A stretch of 64,000 nucleotides of DNA from Candidatus Hydrogenedentota bacterium (GTDB lineage Bacteria; Hydrogenedentota; Hydrogenedentia; Hydrogenedentales; SLHB01), in the NCBI GenBank assembly GCA_016209895.1, contig JACQVH010000261.1, positions 12,943 to 76,942 of the forward strand. The letters are read 5' to 3'. The notes beneath the pieces are model-generated. The model made no database searches and was not told the DNA's origin. It was given only the letters and a program-made list of their open reading frames with translations. Of this stretch, positions 31,416-43,313 are shown in pieces (the stretch's first letter is position 1; the number at the start of each line of letters is the position of its first letter). The translations under genes were made by a program, and so were the position numbers.

Positions 31416-34400
31416 GTGTCTGTGGCTCACGTTGTCAATCTAAGAGCCGGCCCGATCACTTGTGAATATCGGGAGAATCCACTCGGTATTGACACTCCCC
31501 TCCTCCGTCTGAGTTGGCGGATCGAGACGGAACCGTCGGCGCGGGGGATACGGCAGAAAGCGTATCGAGTGTTGGTCGCCAGTAGCGCGGAGACGTTGGC
31601 GCGCGACGAGGGGGACTTCTGGGATTCGGGGGTAGTGGAGTCGGATCAAAGCCACCTGGTGACCTATCGAGGGCGGCCGCTGGATTCGCATCAACGCGGT
31701 TGGTGGAAGGTGCGCATCTGGACCACGGACGGAAACCCGACGTCCTGGTCAAAGCCGGCATTTTGGCAGATGGCGATCACGAATCCCGCCGAATGGCGCG
31801 CGCAATGGATTGCGGTGAGAGAAGCCCCGGAAAACGACCTCTTCGAGACGGTCGCGTTCGGCGACTGGATTTGGCATCCCACGCACCGGAAGCGCCACTC
31901 GACTATGTACTTCCGGCGCACGTTCACTTTGGACTCGCCCGCGCGCGTCACGGTTGCCCGGCTCAAGATCGCCGCCGATCATGGTTTTGTCCTCTATGTG
32001 AACGGCGAGAAACTCGGGGAACGGACGTTCACGGAATTCCCCGGTCTCTACGATGTGCGCAGCCCACTTCATGCCGACCGTCCCAATCTTGTCGCCGTCG
32101 AAGTACATGACGAAACCCTGTTTTACGGCCTGATCGCCGGCTTACGCATCGAGTTTGAAGACGGTCGTGTGCAAGAATTGGTTTCGGACTCAAGGTGGCT
32201 CGCCTCGGAGGTGCTCACTCCAGGGTGGATTAAAGACAACGTTTCAACCAAGGGGTGGGTCTCGGCGAAAGTCCTGGGCGAGTATGGGATGCGGCCTTGG
32301 CACAAGTTTGAACTGCGGAGACCGGTCCGTTCGACGTACCTGCGGCGCGAGTTTGACCTGTTGACCGGGCTGACGCGCGCTACGGCGTACGTCACCGGGC
32401 TGGGCCTGTACGATTTCTACGTCAACGGCCGGCGCGTCGGCGACGACACGCTCACTCCGGGCTACACGCACTTCCCCGAACGCGTCGAATACCAGACCTA
32501 CGACATTACCGAATACCTCACCGAAGGGAAGAATGCCGTCGTCGCGATACTCGGCAACGGCTGGTTCAGTAGCGGCATGCCCGCCAACCGGCGGGACGGC
32601 TATCTACGCTTCTTAGCACAGATTCACCTCGGTTATGGCGACGCGAACGACCGCCATGAGGTGGTCGTCACCGACGGCAGTTGGAAAGCGCATGAATCGC
32701 CAATCCTGGAAGACGGTCTCTACAACGGCGAAACCTGCGACGCTCGACTCGAACTCGATGGCTGGTGCTCGCCTGACTTTGATGACTCCGCCTGGAGGCC
32801 GGTGATCGTTCTGCCAAGTCCAACCAAAAAATTAGTGGCCCAAGCGGGACCACCGATCCGCGCCACTGAGGAGCGAGCGGCGATTGGTATCACGGAACCC
32901 TCGCCCGGCGTCTTCATCTTTGATTTCGGGCAGAACTTCGCCGGGCGTTGTCGCCTCAAAGTGAGCGGCCCGGCGGGTACCCGCGTCCGCATTCGCCACG
33001 GTGAAATCCTGCGGCCGGACGGTACGCTATATGTGGACAACTTGATCGGCGCCCGCGCCACGGATGTTTACATTCTCAAAGGCAACCGGCCGGAGGTTTG
33101 GGAGCCTCGCTTCACCTATCACGGCTTCCGGTACGCGGAACTCACCGGCTATCCCGGCCTCCCGACGCGTGAGGTGCTGATCGCGCGTGTCATCCACACC
33201 GCTGCGCCGGTGATCGGCGACTTCGAGTGCAGCAACGAACTCGTCAATCGCATCCATCGCAATCTGGTATGGACCCAGCGTTCCAACATGCACAGCGTAC
33301 CGACCGACTGCCCGCAACGGGACGAACGGCTCGGCTGGCTCGGCGACACACAGGCGTTCGCCCGGACGGCCTGTTGGAACTTTCACCTCGCACCGCTCTA
33401 CACGAAGTGGCTGGGCGACATTCGTGATTCACAAAGTGCGGAGGGCTACACGACGAACTACGCGCCCACAATCAACGGAAAACCGGCGGCACCGGGTTGG
33501 GGCGACGCCATCGTGATCGTTCCGTGGACCCTCTATCAATTCTACGGTGACCGCCGCGTGATCGAAGAAAACTACGACCGGATGGCAGCTTGGATCGAAT
33601 ACATGCGCCGCAACGCGCCTGACGACCTCTACGAACACGAGGGATTCGGCGACTGGATGGCGATCGTCGAATCGCCGACCGCACCGATCGGGGCCGCTTA
33701 TTTCTATTATTCGACCAAGTTGCTGGCCGAGATGGCGGAAGCCGTCGGACGACGCCAAGATGCGGACATATACACACAGTTGGCGCGGGATATTGCCGGA
33801 GCCTTCAACCGGAAGTTTCTCAATCTCGAAACAAACGACTACCTTGGAAGAACTCAGACGGCCAAGATTCTGCCGCTGTATTTCGGGATCACGCCGCCCG
33901 ACCGCCGCCCCGCCGTGTTCCACAACCTCGTTAACGACATCGTGGAGCGAGACTATCACACCACGTGCGGATTCCTCGGCGCCGCCTACCTGATGCCGCT
34001 GCTCGCGCACGAGGGAGCGTACGACGTCGCCTTCCGACTGCTTACACGGCGGACACATCCTTCCTGGGGCTACATGGTCGAACGCGGTGCCACGACCGTC
34101 TGGGAGCGCTGGAACAGCGACGAGCACGAACGTCGCGAACCCGGAAAGAATTCGTTCAATCACTATGCCTTCGGCGCGGTCGGACAGTGGTTCTTCGAAG
34201 AACTGGCCGGGCTCAAGCCCGATACCGCGCAGCCGGGCTTCAAACACTTCTTAATCCAGCCCCGACCCATCGGCGACCTGACTTACGCCCGCGCCGAGCA
34301 CCTCTCACCCTACGGAACGATTCGCAGCGCCTGGCAAATCCGTGACCGCCGGCTGACCATCTCGGTTCAGGTTCCCGGCAACGCCACGGCTACAGTTTGC

Positions 34401-34550
34401 CTGCCCGCTACGACTCTCACGGATGTCCAGGAAAGCGACCTGCCGGTTGGAGCAACCCAAGGCGTAACCTCTTGCACTATTGCGAACGGTATCGCATCCG
34501 TCACGGTCGGCTCCGGCGATTACACGTTCTCCGCTCCCTGGCGCGACTGA
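31416..34550 (+). CDS. Glycoside hydrolase family 78 alpha-L-rhamnosidase.
   Basis: 1044 aa. RNLVWTQRSNMHSVPTDCPQRDERLGWLGDTQAF is the GH78 catalytic-domain signature. N-terminal bacterial rhamnosidase beta-sandwich regions are present. Confidence 0.9.
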   Translation: MSVAHVVNLRAGPITCEYRENPLGIDTPLLRLSWRIETEPSARGIRQKAYRVLVASSAETLARDEGDFWDSGVVESDQSHLVTYRGRPLDSHQRGWWKVRIWTTDGNPTSWSKPAFWQMAITNPAEWRAQWIAVREAPENDLFETVAFGDWIWHPTHRKRHSTMYFRRTFTLDSPARVTVARLKIAADHGFVLYVNGEKLGERTFTEFPGLYDVRSPLHADRPNLVAVEVHDETLFYGLIAGLRIEFEDGRVQELVSDSRWLASEVLTPGWIKDNVSTKGWVSAKVLGEYGMRPWHKFELRRPVRSTYLRREFDLLTGLTRATAYVTGLGLYDFYVNGRRVGDDTLTPGYTHFPERVEYQTYDITEYLTEGKNAVVAILGNGWFSSGMPANRRDGYLRFLAQIHLGYGDANDRHEVVVTDGSWKAHESPILEDGLYNGETCDARLELDGWCSPDFDDSAWRPVIVLPSPTKKLVAQAGPPIRATEERAAIGITEPSPGVFIFDFGQNFAGRCRLKVSGPAGTRVRIRHGEILRPDGTLYVDNLIGARATDVYILKGNRPEVWEPRFTYHGFRYAELTGYPGLPTREVLIARVIHTAAPVIGDFECSNELVNRIHRNLVWTQRSNMHSVPTDCPQRDERLGWLGDTQAFARTACWNFHLAPLYTKWLGDIRDSQSAEGYTTNYAPTINGKPAAPGWGDAIVIVPWTLYQFYGDRRVIEENYDRMAAWIEYMRRNAPDDLYEHEGFGDWMAIVESPTAPIGAAYFYYSTKLLAEMAEAVGRRQDADIYTQLARDIAGAFNRKFLNLETNDYLGRTQTAKILPLYFGITPPDRRPAVFHNLVNDIVERDYHTTCGFLGAAYLMPLLAHEGAYDVAFRLLTRRTHPSWGYMVERGATTVWERWNSDEHERREPGKNSFNHYAFGAVGQWFFEELAGLKPDTAQPGFKHFLIQPRPIGDLTYARAEHLSPYGTIRSAWQIRDRRLTISVQVPGNATATVCLPATTLTDVQESDLPVGATQGVTSCTIANGIASVTVGSGDYTFSAPWRD

Positions 34551-34583
34551 GTGAATAACCCATCCCGACGACTACTCACGTGA

Positions 34584-36593
34584 TTACAGTGGCGCTCGGT
34601 TTCCGTCGCCTGAGGCCGGGCCGGGCAGGGTCCAGTAGAAGGTCGCGCCTTTGCCGACCTCTCCATTACCCCAAATGCGACCGCCGTGTCGGTCTATAAT
34701 CCGATACACGGTGGCCAGACCGATGCCGGTCCCTCGAAACTCCGTTTCGGCATGTAGCCGTTGGAAGGGGGCGAAGAGTTTTTTTGCGTGCTCGTTGTTG
34801 AACCCGGCGCCGTTGTCCTTCACCGAAAACACATGTTGTCCGTCTTGCCAGACAACGCCGATCTCGATCAGGGCGTGGTCCGCCTTGGATGTAAACTTCC
34901 AGGCGTTGCCGAGCAGGTTTTCAACGGCAATCCGCAGGAGATGGGAATCCGCGTTGGCCAGCATGCCGTCCTGAATCCGGAACTCGACGCGCCTTTCCGG
35001 GTTGGTCGCCAGCAAGTCATTGGCGATGGCGCGCGCGATACACGAGACGTCCACGGGTTCGCGGCGCAGCGCCATTCGGCCGACGCGCGAGAGTTGTAAG
35101 AGGTCGTCAATCAAGTTGCCCATGCGTTTCGCGGCCGAAATAATTCGTTGCAAGTAGCCTTGACCTGTCTGGTCCAAGCGTGGGGCGTACTCGTCCAGCA
35201 AGACGTTGCTGAATCCGTTAATCGCCCGGAGCGGGGCTCGCAGGTCATGTGATACAGAATAGCTGAACGCTTCGAGTTCTTCGTTCTTTCGCTCGAGCTC
35301 GTCAATCAGGGCGGCCCGCGTCTTTGCGATCTCGTGGGTGGCCCGCGCCTCGGCCGCCTCCAACTCGGCCCGCAACAGCCGCTCGCGGATTCGCCGGTTT
35401 TCGTCTTCAAATTGCCGGCGGCGGATTTGCGCTTGGACTCGGGCCTGCAATACGCGGAAGTCACTGGACTTGGCGATGTAATCGTCGGCGCCCACGCTAA
35501 GGCCTTCGAGCATGGCCTCGCGCTCCTCGAGGGCGGTCAGCATGATGAGCGGGATATCGCGAATGGCGGGAGCGGCCTTGATCCTTCGGCAGGTGTCGTG
35601 TCCGCTCAGCCCCGGCATCAACAGATCCAACAGGATGCAGTCCACCGGTTGGACCGCGAGTAGTTCGAGCGCCTCTTCCCCCGAATGCGCGAGCACCACG
35701 TCGTACCCCTCGGTTCGAAGCATCTCGGCGAGCCCATGAAGATAGGTGAGGCTGTCATCCACCGCCAGAATCCGCTTGGCGGCGAGGAGACTCGTGGTAT
35801 CCGGTAGACTCGACGGCGCGGCGGTGCTGCGCAGGATGGCCGCAAGTCGGGCCAGGATTAGGGAGTGTTCACCCTCCTTTCGGACAAATGCGTCCGCACC
35901 GGCGGCCAACGCATTTAACTCCGAGTCCTTTTCTTCCGATGCCGTCAATAAGAGGCACGGGAGGTGCCGGAGGGCGGCGTCGAGCCGAATCCGACGGATG
36001 ATCGTTGCCCCTTCCTCGCCCGGGAGCACTCCATCTACAATGATGGCGTTGGGCCGAATATCGGCGGCGATGTGCAATCCTTCTTCCCCGGTAGTGGCGG
36101 TCACGACCTCGTAACCTTCGGTCTGTAGCGCCTCACGAAGCGCCTCGCGAAACGTCGGGCTGTCGTCAATCACCAACACGGTCGGCCGAGAAGATTCAGA
36201 ACGCCCTCGGCGGGTCCGGAGCAGTTCGCGCGCCCGCGATACTAAGTAGTTGCGGTCATATGGTTTGCCCACGTATTCGTCGGCGCCGATCTTCATCGCC
36301 CGAACGCGGTCCTGCACCTCGGCTTCGGTCGAGAGCATCAAAATGGGAGCTTGGGACGAGAGTGGAGACGCTCGGAGTTCACGGAGCAACTCCAAACCAT
36401 CGGCATCCGGCAATAGTACGTCCAAGACGACGAGCGCCGCGGCGTTATCGCGAACCGCGCGACGCGCTTCTTCGGCGGTGGCACAGGGTACCGCGTTGAA
36501 TCCCGCCGCCAGGAATGCATCCGCCAAGTCCATGCGTACGGTCAAACTGTCGTCCACAATCAGGACCGAGTCATTCATGGCGTTCTGGCCCAA
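34584..36593 (-). CDS. Hybrid histidine kinase with three tandem N-terminal receiver domains, then a coiled coil, HisKA and HATPase_c.
   Basis: REC1 is VLIVDDSLTVRMDLADAF...VLDVLLPDADG. REC2 is VLVIDDSPTFREALREAL...IVDGVLPGEEG. REC3 is ILAVDDSLTYLHGLAEML...LLDLLMPGLSG. H-box FSYSVSHDLRAPLRAINGF. G-boxes DNGAGFNNE...GTGIGLA. Confidence 0.87.
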   Translation of the reverse strand: MGQNAMNDSVLIVDDSLTVRMDLADAFLAAGFNAVPCATAEEARRAVRDNAAALVVLDVLLPDADGLELLRELRASPLSSQAPILMLSTEAEVQDRVRAMKIGADEYVGKPYDRNYLVSRARELLRTRRGRSESSRPTVLVIDDSPTFREALREALQTEGYEVVTATTGEEGLHIAADIRPNAIIVDGVLPGEEGATIIRRIRLDAALRHLPCLLLTASEEKDSELNALAAGADAFVRKEGEHSLILARLAAILRSTAAPSSLPDTTSLLAAKRILAVDDSLTYLHGLAEMLRTEGYDVVLAHSGEEALELLAVQPVDCILLDLLMPGLSGHDTCRRIKAAPAIRDIPLIMLTALEEREAMLEGLSVGADDYIAKSSDFRVLQARVQAQIRRRQFEDENRRIRERLLRAELEAAEARATHEIAKTRAALIDELERKNEELEAFSYSVSHDLRAPLRAINGFSNVLLDEYAPRLDQTGQGYLQRIISAAKRMGNLIDDLLQLSRVGRMALRREPVDVSCIARAIANDLLATNPERRVEFRIQDGMLANADSHLLRIAVENLLGNAWKFTSKADHALIEIGVVWQDGQHVFSVKDNGAGFNNEHAKKLFAPFQRLHAETEFRGTGIGLATVYRIIDRHGGRIWGNGEVGKGATFYWTLPGPASGDGNRAPL

Positions 36594-37647
36594 TCTTATT
36601 TACAAGACCGGCGAGGACCGGTCCGATTTCGCCGAGGGGCAATATCCGTTCGGCCGCGCCTATTTGGATGGCTTCCCGTGGCATTCCGTACACGACGCAC
36701 GTTGACTCATCCTCCGCGATGGTGAGCGCGCCGCTCCGCCGCATCTCGAGAAGCCCCAGCGCCCCGTCGCGGCCCATGCCCGTCAGTAGGCAACCCGCGC
36801 TTGCCGCCCCGTATTCTCGGGCGACGGATTCAAACAGCACGTCCACCGAGGGGCGGCACGAGTGCCGCGGCGCGTCCGACGTGAGGACCAGCCGGCCGCG
36901 TTGCACCAAGAGGTGGCGGTCAGGTGGCGCTATAATGACCCGTCCCGCCCCGTGAGACAAGGATTCCCCGTCCCGCGCACAGGCCACGCGATGCGGGGTT
37001 TCAGCATCCAGCCATTCCGCGAAGGCCGTCCCGAAGGGAGAGCCAATGTGAACGACGAGCAGGATGGGCACCGGGTAACCGGCGGGAACGGCTCGGAGAA
37101 CCTCGATTACCGCCCTGGGTCCCCCAGTCGAAGCGCCGACGGCCACCACGCCCAACTTGCCGGCGGGCGGTGTAGCGGCTTGTCTGGTTCGCAGTTCCTC
37201 GCGTCTGCCCAGCGAACGCAACGTCGCTCGCGGGTGCGTGATCACCTTGATTTTGGACACCAGCTTTACCGAGGACACAAAGTGCTGCTCCCACTGCCCG
37301 TTCGTCTCGATACCCGAAGGCTTCTCCAACACGTCCACCGCGCCCGCCGCTAGCGCCTCGTAGGTTCTGAACAGTTCGCCGCGATTCGTCGAGGACGAGA
37401 CGATAAGGATCGGCGTCGGGAAATACGCCATGATGTATTCCGTCGCGGCCAGGCCGCTCATGACCGGGAGCACCATGTCGAGCGTGACGACATCGGGCCG
37501 AAGCTCGCGGCACAACTCGATCGCGCGCTTGCCGTCTTCCGCCTCGGCCACGACCTCGAGGTCCGGGTCGGAGGAGAGCGCTGCGCACAAGTACCGGCGG
37601 ACCGTCAACGAATCTTCTACGATGAGAACACGGATTCGCTCTTTCAT
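36571..37647 (-). CDS. cheB: Chemotaxis response-regulator protein-glutamate methylesterase CheB (REC + CheB methylesterase).
   Basis: VLIVEDSLTVRRYLCAAL...TLDMVLPVMSG is REC. GASTGGPRAV...LLVVHIGSPFG...LLTGMGRDGA...EDESTCVVYGMP is the methylesterase S-H-D region. Confidence 0.9.
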   Translation of the reverse strand: MKERIRVLIVEDSLTVRRYLCAALSSDPDLEVVAEAEDGKRAIELCRELRPDVVTLDMVLPVMSGLAATEYIMAYFPTPILIVSSSTNRGELFRTYEALAAGAVDVLEKPSGIETNGQWEQHFVSSVKLVSKIKVITHPRATLRSLGRREELRTRQAATPPAGKLGVVAVGASTGGPRAVIEVLRAVPAGYPVPILLVVHIGSPFGTAFAEWLDAETPHRVACARDGESLSHGAGRVIIAPPDRHLLVQRGRLVLTSDAPRHSCRPSVDVLFESVAREYGAASAGCLLTGMGRDGALGLLEMRRSGALTIAEDESTCVVYGMPREAIQIGAAERILPLGEIGPVLAGLVNKIGPERHE

Positions 37648-39741
37648 TTATTGGTTATTTCCTACCAAGGTCCGGATGGTCCGGAGCAAATGGGCTTGAT
37701 CGAATTCGCTCTTGGCGATGTACGCCCGCGCGCCCACCGCTTGGCCGCGGCGGCGATCCTCGGCCGAACTTCGGGACGTGACCAAAATGGACGGGATCTC
37801 GCGCAGAAACGGGTCCGCCCGAGTCTGCTCCACGAAGGTAAACCCGTCCATTCCCGGCATTTCGATATCCACCAGAAAAAGCGCATATTGGCGTTGTCGG
37901 GCCTTTTCCAGGGCCTCCTCGCCGGAGACCGCGCAATCGACTTGATAGCCGGCGGACTCGAGTATGCTTTGTTCCAGCATCCGGGTGGTCAACGAGTCGT
38001 CCACCACGAGCACGGGCGCGGCGCGGGGGACCTCGGGTGCAGAGGCAGGACGATCACCCCGGCGAGCCATGCCCACAACCACGGCCGGGTCCACGATAAT
38101 CTGGGGATTCCCCTCAGCATCGAGTGCGGCGCCGGCCACGACCGGGTCCACCGGCGCCACCCGGGGCAGGGGGCGCATGACGACGTTCATGATTCCGACG
38201 AGGCGGTCCACTCCAATTGCGGCAAGTTCCGAATCGGTTCCCACGACTACCGCCACGCCTGGCCCGCCGTTGTGTCCCGGCGACACCTTCTCGCGCAACG
38301 GGTAGGCCAGCGGCAAGAAGGGAAGGGCGTTACCCTCATACACTATTGAGTCGGCTCCAGCCAGTCTTGCAGCATCTGCGGTCCGGATATGAAAGGCGCC
38401 ACGAACCGCGTCCAAAGGAATGGCGGTCGTCATGCCGGCGACTTCGACCATGAGAGCGTCCAGCGAAGAAAGCGAAATTGGAACGACAATCTCCAACGCA
38501 CTTCCCCTCCCCGCCTCGGTCTTCAAGGTGACTTCCGCGCCGAGGCGCGACGCGGCGTCTCGAACCACGTCCAACCCAATTCCCCGGCCCGACATCTCGC
38601 TGACGGTGCGGGCGGTGGTAAGCCCTCCTTTCAGCAGCAACTGAACCAATTCATCTAAACGCAAATGCTCCGTGTCTTTGGACAGAATCCCTTTTTTTTG
38701 TGCCGCGCGCCGTACCGCCTCGAGGTCCACCCCGCGGCCATCGTCCTGGCATCGGAACGCGACCCGGTTTCCAACGCGCGCTACCTCGACCAGCACTCGC
38801 CCGGCCGTCGGCTTTCCCGCTTGGGTTCTTTCCGCCTCCGTTTCAATGCCATGAGCCACCGCGTTTCGCACCACCTGCACCAAGGCGCCATGAATGGTTG
38901 CCAGCACGTGCGCGTCCAAACGCGCTTCTCCACCTTTGGTTTCGAAGGCCACCCGCTTGCCCGCCGTCTGGGCCACATCCCGGGCCGTGCGCTCCAGCGA
39001 GGCAAAGACCGCGTTCGCGGGAAGCAGGCGGAGCTGCTCGGCCCGCTGTCGCACTTGCCTCAATTCCCGCTCCAGTTGGTCCGCGCTGCTGGTGAGTTGT
39101 CGGTCCAGCGCGACTATCTCCGCCCGTAGCTCTTCCGCCCAAGCCGATGTCCTTGCCGCCGGGCCCAGGTCTGGCTGGCCTTCCGCACCACGTGTCCGGG
39201 GCGACGCCAATTGGGCCAGCAGCAAATCCGCGACGCCGCGCGCACGTTCTAACGTACCTAGGGCGCGTCGCACCGATCCCAACTGGGTATTCGCCTCCAG
39301 AATCCCGTCCAGGAGCGCATCCATTTCTCCGATGTCCACCCGTACCGTCCGAAGTAGTTCATCCGCCGGAGGGCGCGGTGCCGGTTCCGACTCTGCCTCC
39401 CGTGGGGGCTCCAGATGCTTGAGGCGTTCTTCGATGGCGTCGAGGAGCTCGAAGGCGTGGCGGGCGAGTTCTTGCGAGAACGGCTTGGCTTGATCACGCA
39501 ACGGCACCAATGCCTCCTCGACCGCGTGCGCGAATTCCGCAATTTCAACTTGCTTGACGACCCGGGCCGCGCCTTTGAGCGTGTGCGCCAGCCGCAAGAG
39601 TTTAGGCACCAGTTCCGGGGCAAAAACGCCCTTCTCCAAGCTCAACGCGCCTTGGACCAACTGGTCGAGAAGCTCGCGCGCCTCGACGCGAAAATACTTA
39701 TACGGGTCGGGACGCATGCTCATGATGCTCGTCCGACACAA
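37648..39741 (-). CDS. cheA: CheA-type histidine kinase fused to a C-terminal receiver (WspE/FrzE-like architecture: Hpt, HATPase, CheW-like, REC).
   Basis: [12 protein letters not shown] is the Hpt H-box. [37 protein letters not shown] is the ATPase. A CheW-like segment follows. The C-terminus [18 protein letters not shown]...[10 protein letters not shown]...AYIAKS is REC. Confidence 0.9.
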   Translation of the reverse strand: MCRTSIMSMRPDPYKYFRVEARELLDQLVQGALSLEKGVFAPELVPKLLRLAHTLKGAARVVKQVEIAEFAHAVEEALVPLRDQAKPFSQELARHAFELLDAIEERLKHLEPPREAESEPAPRPPADELLRTVRVDIGEMDALLDGILEANTQLGSVRRALGTLERARGVADLLLAQLASPRTRGAEGQPDLGPAARTSAWAEELRAEIVALDRQLTSSADQLERELRQVRQRAEQLRLLPANAVFASLERTARDVAQTAGKRVAFETKGGEARLDAHVLATIHGALVQVVRNAVAHGIETEAERTQAGKPTAGRVLVEVARVGNRVAFRCQDDGRGVDLEAVRRAAQKKGILSKDTEHLRLDELVQLLLKGGLTTARTVSEMSGRGIGLDVVRDAASRLGAEVTLKTEAGRGSALEIVVPISLSSLDALMVEVAGMTTAIPLDAVRGAFHIRTADAARLAGADSIVYEGNALPFLPLAYPLREKVSPGHNGGPGVAVVVGTDSELAAIGVDRLVGIMNVVMRPLPRVAPVDPVVAGAALDAEGNPQIIVDPAVVVGMARRGDRPASAPEVPRAAPVLVVDDSLTTRMLEQSILESAGYQVDCAVSGEEALEKARQRQYALFLVDIEMPGMDGFTFVEQTRADPFLREIPSILVTSRSSAEDRRRGQAVGARAYIAKSEFDQAHLLRTIRTLVGNNQ

Positions 39742-41191
39742 TTAACCGCAGCAACCCTTTGGAGAGGTCGGCCAGTTGGGAGGCCGTCAGCAAGGTCTGA
39801 CTCGAACTCGTCTCGGTCTCCTTGGTGGCTTGGGCCACGCTGGTAATTGCGACGTTGACCTGTTCGACGGCCGTGGTCTGTTGCTTCGTGCTTAATTCAA
39901 TCTCGCGCGCCGCCTCAGACGTCGTCGAGACCAGTTCGGAAATCTGCTGAAAAGACGACGCGACCTCGATGAATTGCCTGGAACCGGAGTCTACCGCCTT
40001 GGAGCCCGTTTCGGTGGCCATGACCGTCGTGTTAACCGCGCTGCGCACGTCCTCGATCAGGCTTCGGATTTCCTTCGTCGAGCCGGCGACGCGGTCCGCA
40101 AGTTTTCGAATCTCGTCCGCCACCACCGCGAAACGCCGACCGGTCTCCCCCGCGCCCGCCGCCTCGATGGTAGCGTTGATCGCCAGAATGTTGGTTTGCT
40201 CGGCCAGTTCGGAAACAATGTCCAACACGGCCCCGATTTCTTGGGACTTCCGGCCTAAGTCGAGCATGTGGTTGACGATTTGTTCCACCTGCCGACGGAT
40301 GCCCCCGATTGAATCCTGCGATTTCTCAACTGTTCCACCCCCGGACATGGCCGCGTCCGCCGTCTCCCGCGCGATGTGTGCCACCCGCTGCCCGCTCTCC
40401 GCGATTTGCCGCGCCGTCGCGAGCAGTTCGTTGATGGTCGTCGCGATTTCATTCATGGCCGTGGCTTGTTCCTTGGCCCCGGCCGCTTGTTGGTTGGCCG
40501 CCGCCTGCAGTTCGGCGGCGGAACTCTGAACCTGCCCGACCGCAGACCCGATCTGGCGGCTCAACAACCGCGCAAGAAAATAGGCGAGGATGGACGCGAC
40601 CACAACGGTCCCGAGAACGACGCCGATAATCAGGTACGACGCATTGGCGGATGCCTGCGTTGAGGCGTCTCGGGCTTGCTTGACCACTTGATCTTCAAAC
40701 TTGACGAAATCCGTTATTCGATCTTCCAGTACCGTCCGTGTCGGCCGCATTTTCTCCTCAAATGCCAGAACCACCGTTTCGAGCGGCGTGTCGGCCTTGC
40801 TGAGCGCTAGTATCCCATCTACAGCATCAGTATGGGCTTTGTAGGCAGTTTCGATTTGGGACAGATACTTCTTCCCCTCCTCGAAGTGGACCGTGCCACG
40901 CAGCCGTTCCAAAACACTCGAAAACTGCGACCGCGTTTCGTAGAGCTCGTCCAAATACCGGTCGTTCTTGGTAAGAAGGAAAGCTCGGAGCGCCGATGCC
41001 TCCTCGTTGCGCGCGTTTCGAAGCTCTTGAACATCCACCAGTTTGGGCGCCTCGACGTCAATCACTTGGTCCTTGTTCAACACGACCGAGCGAAGCGCAT
41101 AGACCGAGATCACGCCGGTCACGACGGTTAACGCCACCACGGCGAAAAAGCCCAGACCCAGTTTCCGGCCGAAGGTCCAGTTCTGATTCAT
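39698..41191 (-). CDS. Methyl-accepting chemotaxis protein (4HB-type periplasmic sensor, TM, HAMP, MCP signalling domain).
   Basis: The highly conserved MCP signalling hairpin ...[52 protein letters not shown]... is present, with two TM helices. Confidence 0.9.
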   Translation of the reverse strand: MNQNWTFGRKLGLGFFAVVALTVVTGVISVYALRSVVLNKDQVIDVEAPKLVDVQELRNARNEEASALRAFLLTKNDRYLDELYETRSQFSSVLERLRGTVHFEEGKKYLSQIETAYKAHTDAVDGILALSKADTPLETVVLAFEEKMRPTRTVLEDRITDFVKFEDQVVKQARDASTQASANASYLIIGVVLGTVVVASILAYFLARLLSRQIGSAVGQVQSSAAELQAAANQQAAGAKEQATAMNEIATTINELLATARQIAESGQRVAHIARETADAAMSGGGTVEKSQDSIGGIRRQVEQIVNHMLDLGRKSQEIGAVLDIVSELAEQTNILAINATIEAAGAGETGRRFAVVADEIRKLADRVAGSTKEIRSLIEDVRSAVNTTVMATETGSKAVDSGSRQFIEVASSFQQISELVSTTSEAAREIELSTKQQTTAVEQVNVAITSVAQATKETETSSSQTLLTASQLADLSKGLLRLIVSDEHHEHASRPV

Positions 41192-41730
41192 GGTTCCTCC
41201 TTTATCATCTGCGGCAAGTCATCACGCTTATTGATCGCTTCCAGGAGCGCGGCAATGCTGACAATGGGGCGAATGATCGTTCCGACCCGCGCCACTTCCT
41301 GAATGTACACCGGACCATTTCCGAGTCGCTCCGCCGGGACGATGTCGCCGCGCGCCACGTGCGCGTGTCCTTCGAACTGGCCGAAGGCGAGCGCAATCGT
41401 GTTTTCCGCGCGCACCAGCGCGTTCCACCGCCCGGCTTTTCGCTCGTCATAACCGAGCAACGCGCCCAGGTCATACACGGGGACAATTTCCCCGCGAAAG
41501 CCCAGAACGCCCAGGAATTCCGTCCGAGAGCTCGGCAGGGGAACAATCTTTCGGTCAACCAGCAGACCAGCGGTTTCGCTCATTCGCAGGGCGAAGGGAT
41601 CGCCGGATACCCCTACGCACAGGAGGTCGTCGGTGTTGTAATCCTTCGTAGGATGCGGTTCGGCAAACGCACGATCGAACGCGCGGCGGAGTTCTTCGGC
41701 GCGGTTGCTGGAATTGGGCAGCGTGGCCAT
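41188..41730 (-). CDS. CheW-like coupling protein (WspD-like). Start set to the internal Met MATLPNSS...
   Basis: ...[60 protein letters not shown]... has CheW-domain topology. The track ORF extends 39 nt further upstream into the cheR gene. Confidence 0.68.
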   Translation of the reverse strand: MATLPNSSNRAEELRRAFDRAFAEPHPTKDYNTDDLLCVGVSGDPFALRMSETAGLLVDRKIVPLPSSRTEFLGVLGFRGEIVPVYDLGALLGYDERKAGRWNALVRAENTIALAFGQFEGHAHVARGDIVPAERLGNGPVYIQEVARVGTIIRPIVSIAALLEAINKRDDLPQMIKEEP

Positions 41731-43313
41731 CACTCGGTACCCCCGCACGCGGCAACTTCGGCACGGCACAAGGCGAGTAGGGAATCTCGGTTGAATCCGC
41801 CCCCGAAGAAAAGCAAGCGCAAGGGGTCTTCACGCTGAAGCAGGACCAGCGCCCGCTCGAACGCGCCACGCGCGGCATGGTGATCGCCCGCGCGGCGGGC
41901 CAGAAAGCCCAAGTGCAAGTGCGGCATCGCAAATCCCGGGTCCAGATAAATCGCTACTTGGTCCTGCTCAACGGCGCCGGACGGGTCTCCGGCGCCCTCG
42001 CGACAGAGGGCCATCAGATAACGAGCCCCGGCGTTCATGTCGTCCCGTGTCAGGAGGTCCTTGCAAACGCGTTCGGCCTCGAGCAGTTTCCCGCCGTGCG
42101 TGAGCAGAACTGCGTAGAGTAGTAACGCCTCGGGATCGGCCGCGGACTCCGGCGGCAAGTCCCGCACCTGGTCAAGCGCTTCGGCAAATCGCTCCGCTCG
42201 CAGCAAATCAATCGCATGTCCCAAGTCGCAGAAAAGCCGGGATGGGCCCGCGGCGATTTTCGGGGCACCCGGGGCGGGCGCGGATTCCGGTCTCCTCGTG
42301 GTGATGGCGTGAATCCGATCCGAGGCGCGCTGTATGGCTTCGACCCATGAAGTGGCGCCGTCGAGGTCAATCACGGGCGGTTCTGAGAGGTTCGACGGAC
42401 CCGCCTGCCGACTCTCGTCCGTCCGGCGCGGTCGAGAGGCGTCGAAACGATCCTTGCGCCGGTAGTAGAACGTCCCGTGCGTATGGCAGAGATGAAACGC
42501 CTGCGACAATCCGCGCAAGGTCTCGGCGTGTCCCAAGAACAGAAAACCGTCGGGCGCGAGTGCGTGGGTCACGCACGCGATTAGCGCTTGGGCCGGCTCG
42601 GGCGCGAGATACATGATCACGTTGCGGCAGAAGATTACGTCGTAGCGTTCGCGGCCCCAAAATGTCGAATCTTCCTCCACTAGGTTGCCTTCTTCAAACG
42701 TCACCATGGCGCGAATGCCCTCATCGAGCGCGAATTCCCGCCCCACCGGCCGGAACCAGCGCTCGCGCGTCGCCGCGGGTGTTTCACGTAACGACCAAGC
42801 CGAATAATAGGCGCGATTTGCCCGTTGGATGACGCTGGGGTTGACGTCTACCCCGTGAATGGCGATTCTCCAGTTGTTGGCACGCGGCAGCGCCTCCTGT
42901 GCCGCCATGGCCAGTGAGTACGGCTCTTCGCCCGAGGCACAACCGGCGGACAGGATGCGAAGTGTGCGCGACTGCTCTTGAGCTCGCATTCGCAAGGGCA
43001 ACGCGACCTCCGCGTACGCCCGGAATTGATCCCCGTGGCGGAAGAAATAGGTCTCGGCAACCGTCAGCTCTTGGGCCAGCACGCGGAATTCGTTGGCACA
43101 GAAATCCGCCGTCTCCAGGCCGTCCAAGTAGCCGATAATACCGGCGGCATGGGCCTCGGCACGCCGGCGAAGAAGTTCCTCCAACTGCTGCAATCGTCCG
43201 TTGTCAAATTGAAGGCCCAGACGCCGGGTCACGGTGGCGCGGAACCGTTCCACGTCGGTTGGTGCGGTGACGGTTCTCATGGGGCGGCGTCCATTGCGGA
43301 ACAGGATTCCCAA
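41730..43313 (-). CDS. cheR: Chemotaxis protein methyltransferase CheR with a C-terminal TPR extension (WspC/FrzF-like).
   Basis: ...ETYFFRHGDQFRA...LRILSAGCASGEEPYSLAM...IHGVDVNPSVIQRANRAYYS...DVIFCRNVIMYL is CheR SAM-MTase. The C-terminal ~200 aa are TPR-like (ALLLYAVLLTHGGKLLEAERVCKDLL...). Confidence 0.85.
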   Translation of the reverse strand: MGILFRNGRRPMRTVTAPTDVERFRATVTRRLGLQFDNGRLQQLEELLRRRAEAHAAGIIGYLDGLETADFCANEFRVLAQELTVAETYFFRHGDQFRAYAEVALPLRMRAQEQSRTLRILSAGCASGEEPYSLAMAAQEALPRANNWRIAIHGVDVNPSVIQRANRAYYSAWSLRETPAATRERWFRPVGREFALDEGIRAMVTFEEGNLVEEDSTFWGRERYDVIFCRNVIMYLAPEPAQALIACVTHALAPDGFLFLGHAETLRGLSQAFHLCHTHGTFYYRRKDRFDASRPRRTDESRQAGPSNLSEPPVIDLDGATSWVEAIQRASDRIHAITTRRPESAPAPGAPKIAAGPSRLFCDLGHAIDLLRAERFAEALDQVRDLPPESAADPEALLLYAVLLTHGGKLLEAERVCKDLLTRDDMNAGARYLMALCREGAGDPSGAVEQDQVAIYLDPGFAMPHLHLGFLARRAGDHHAARGAFERALVLLQREDPLRLLFFGGGFNRDSLLALCRAEVAACGGTE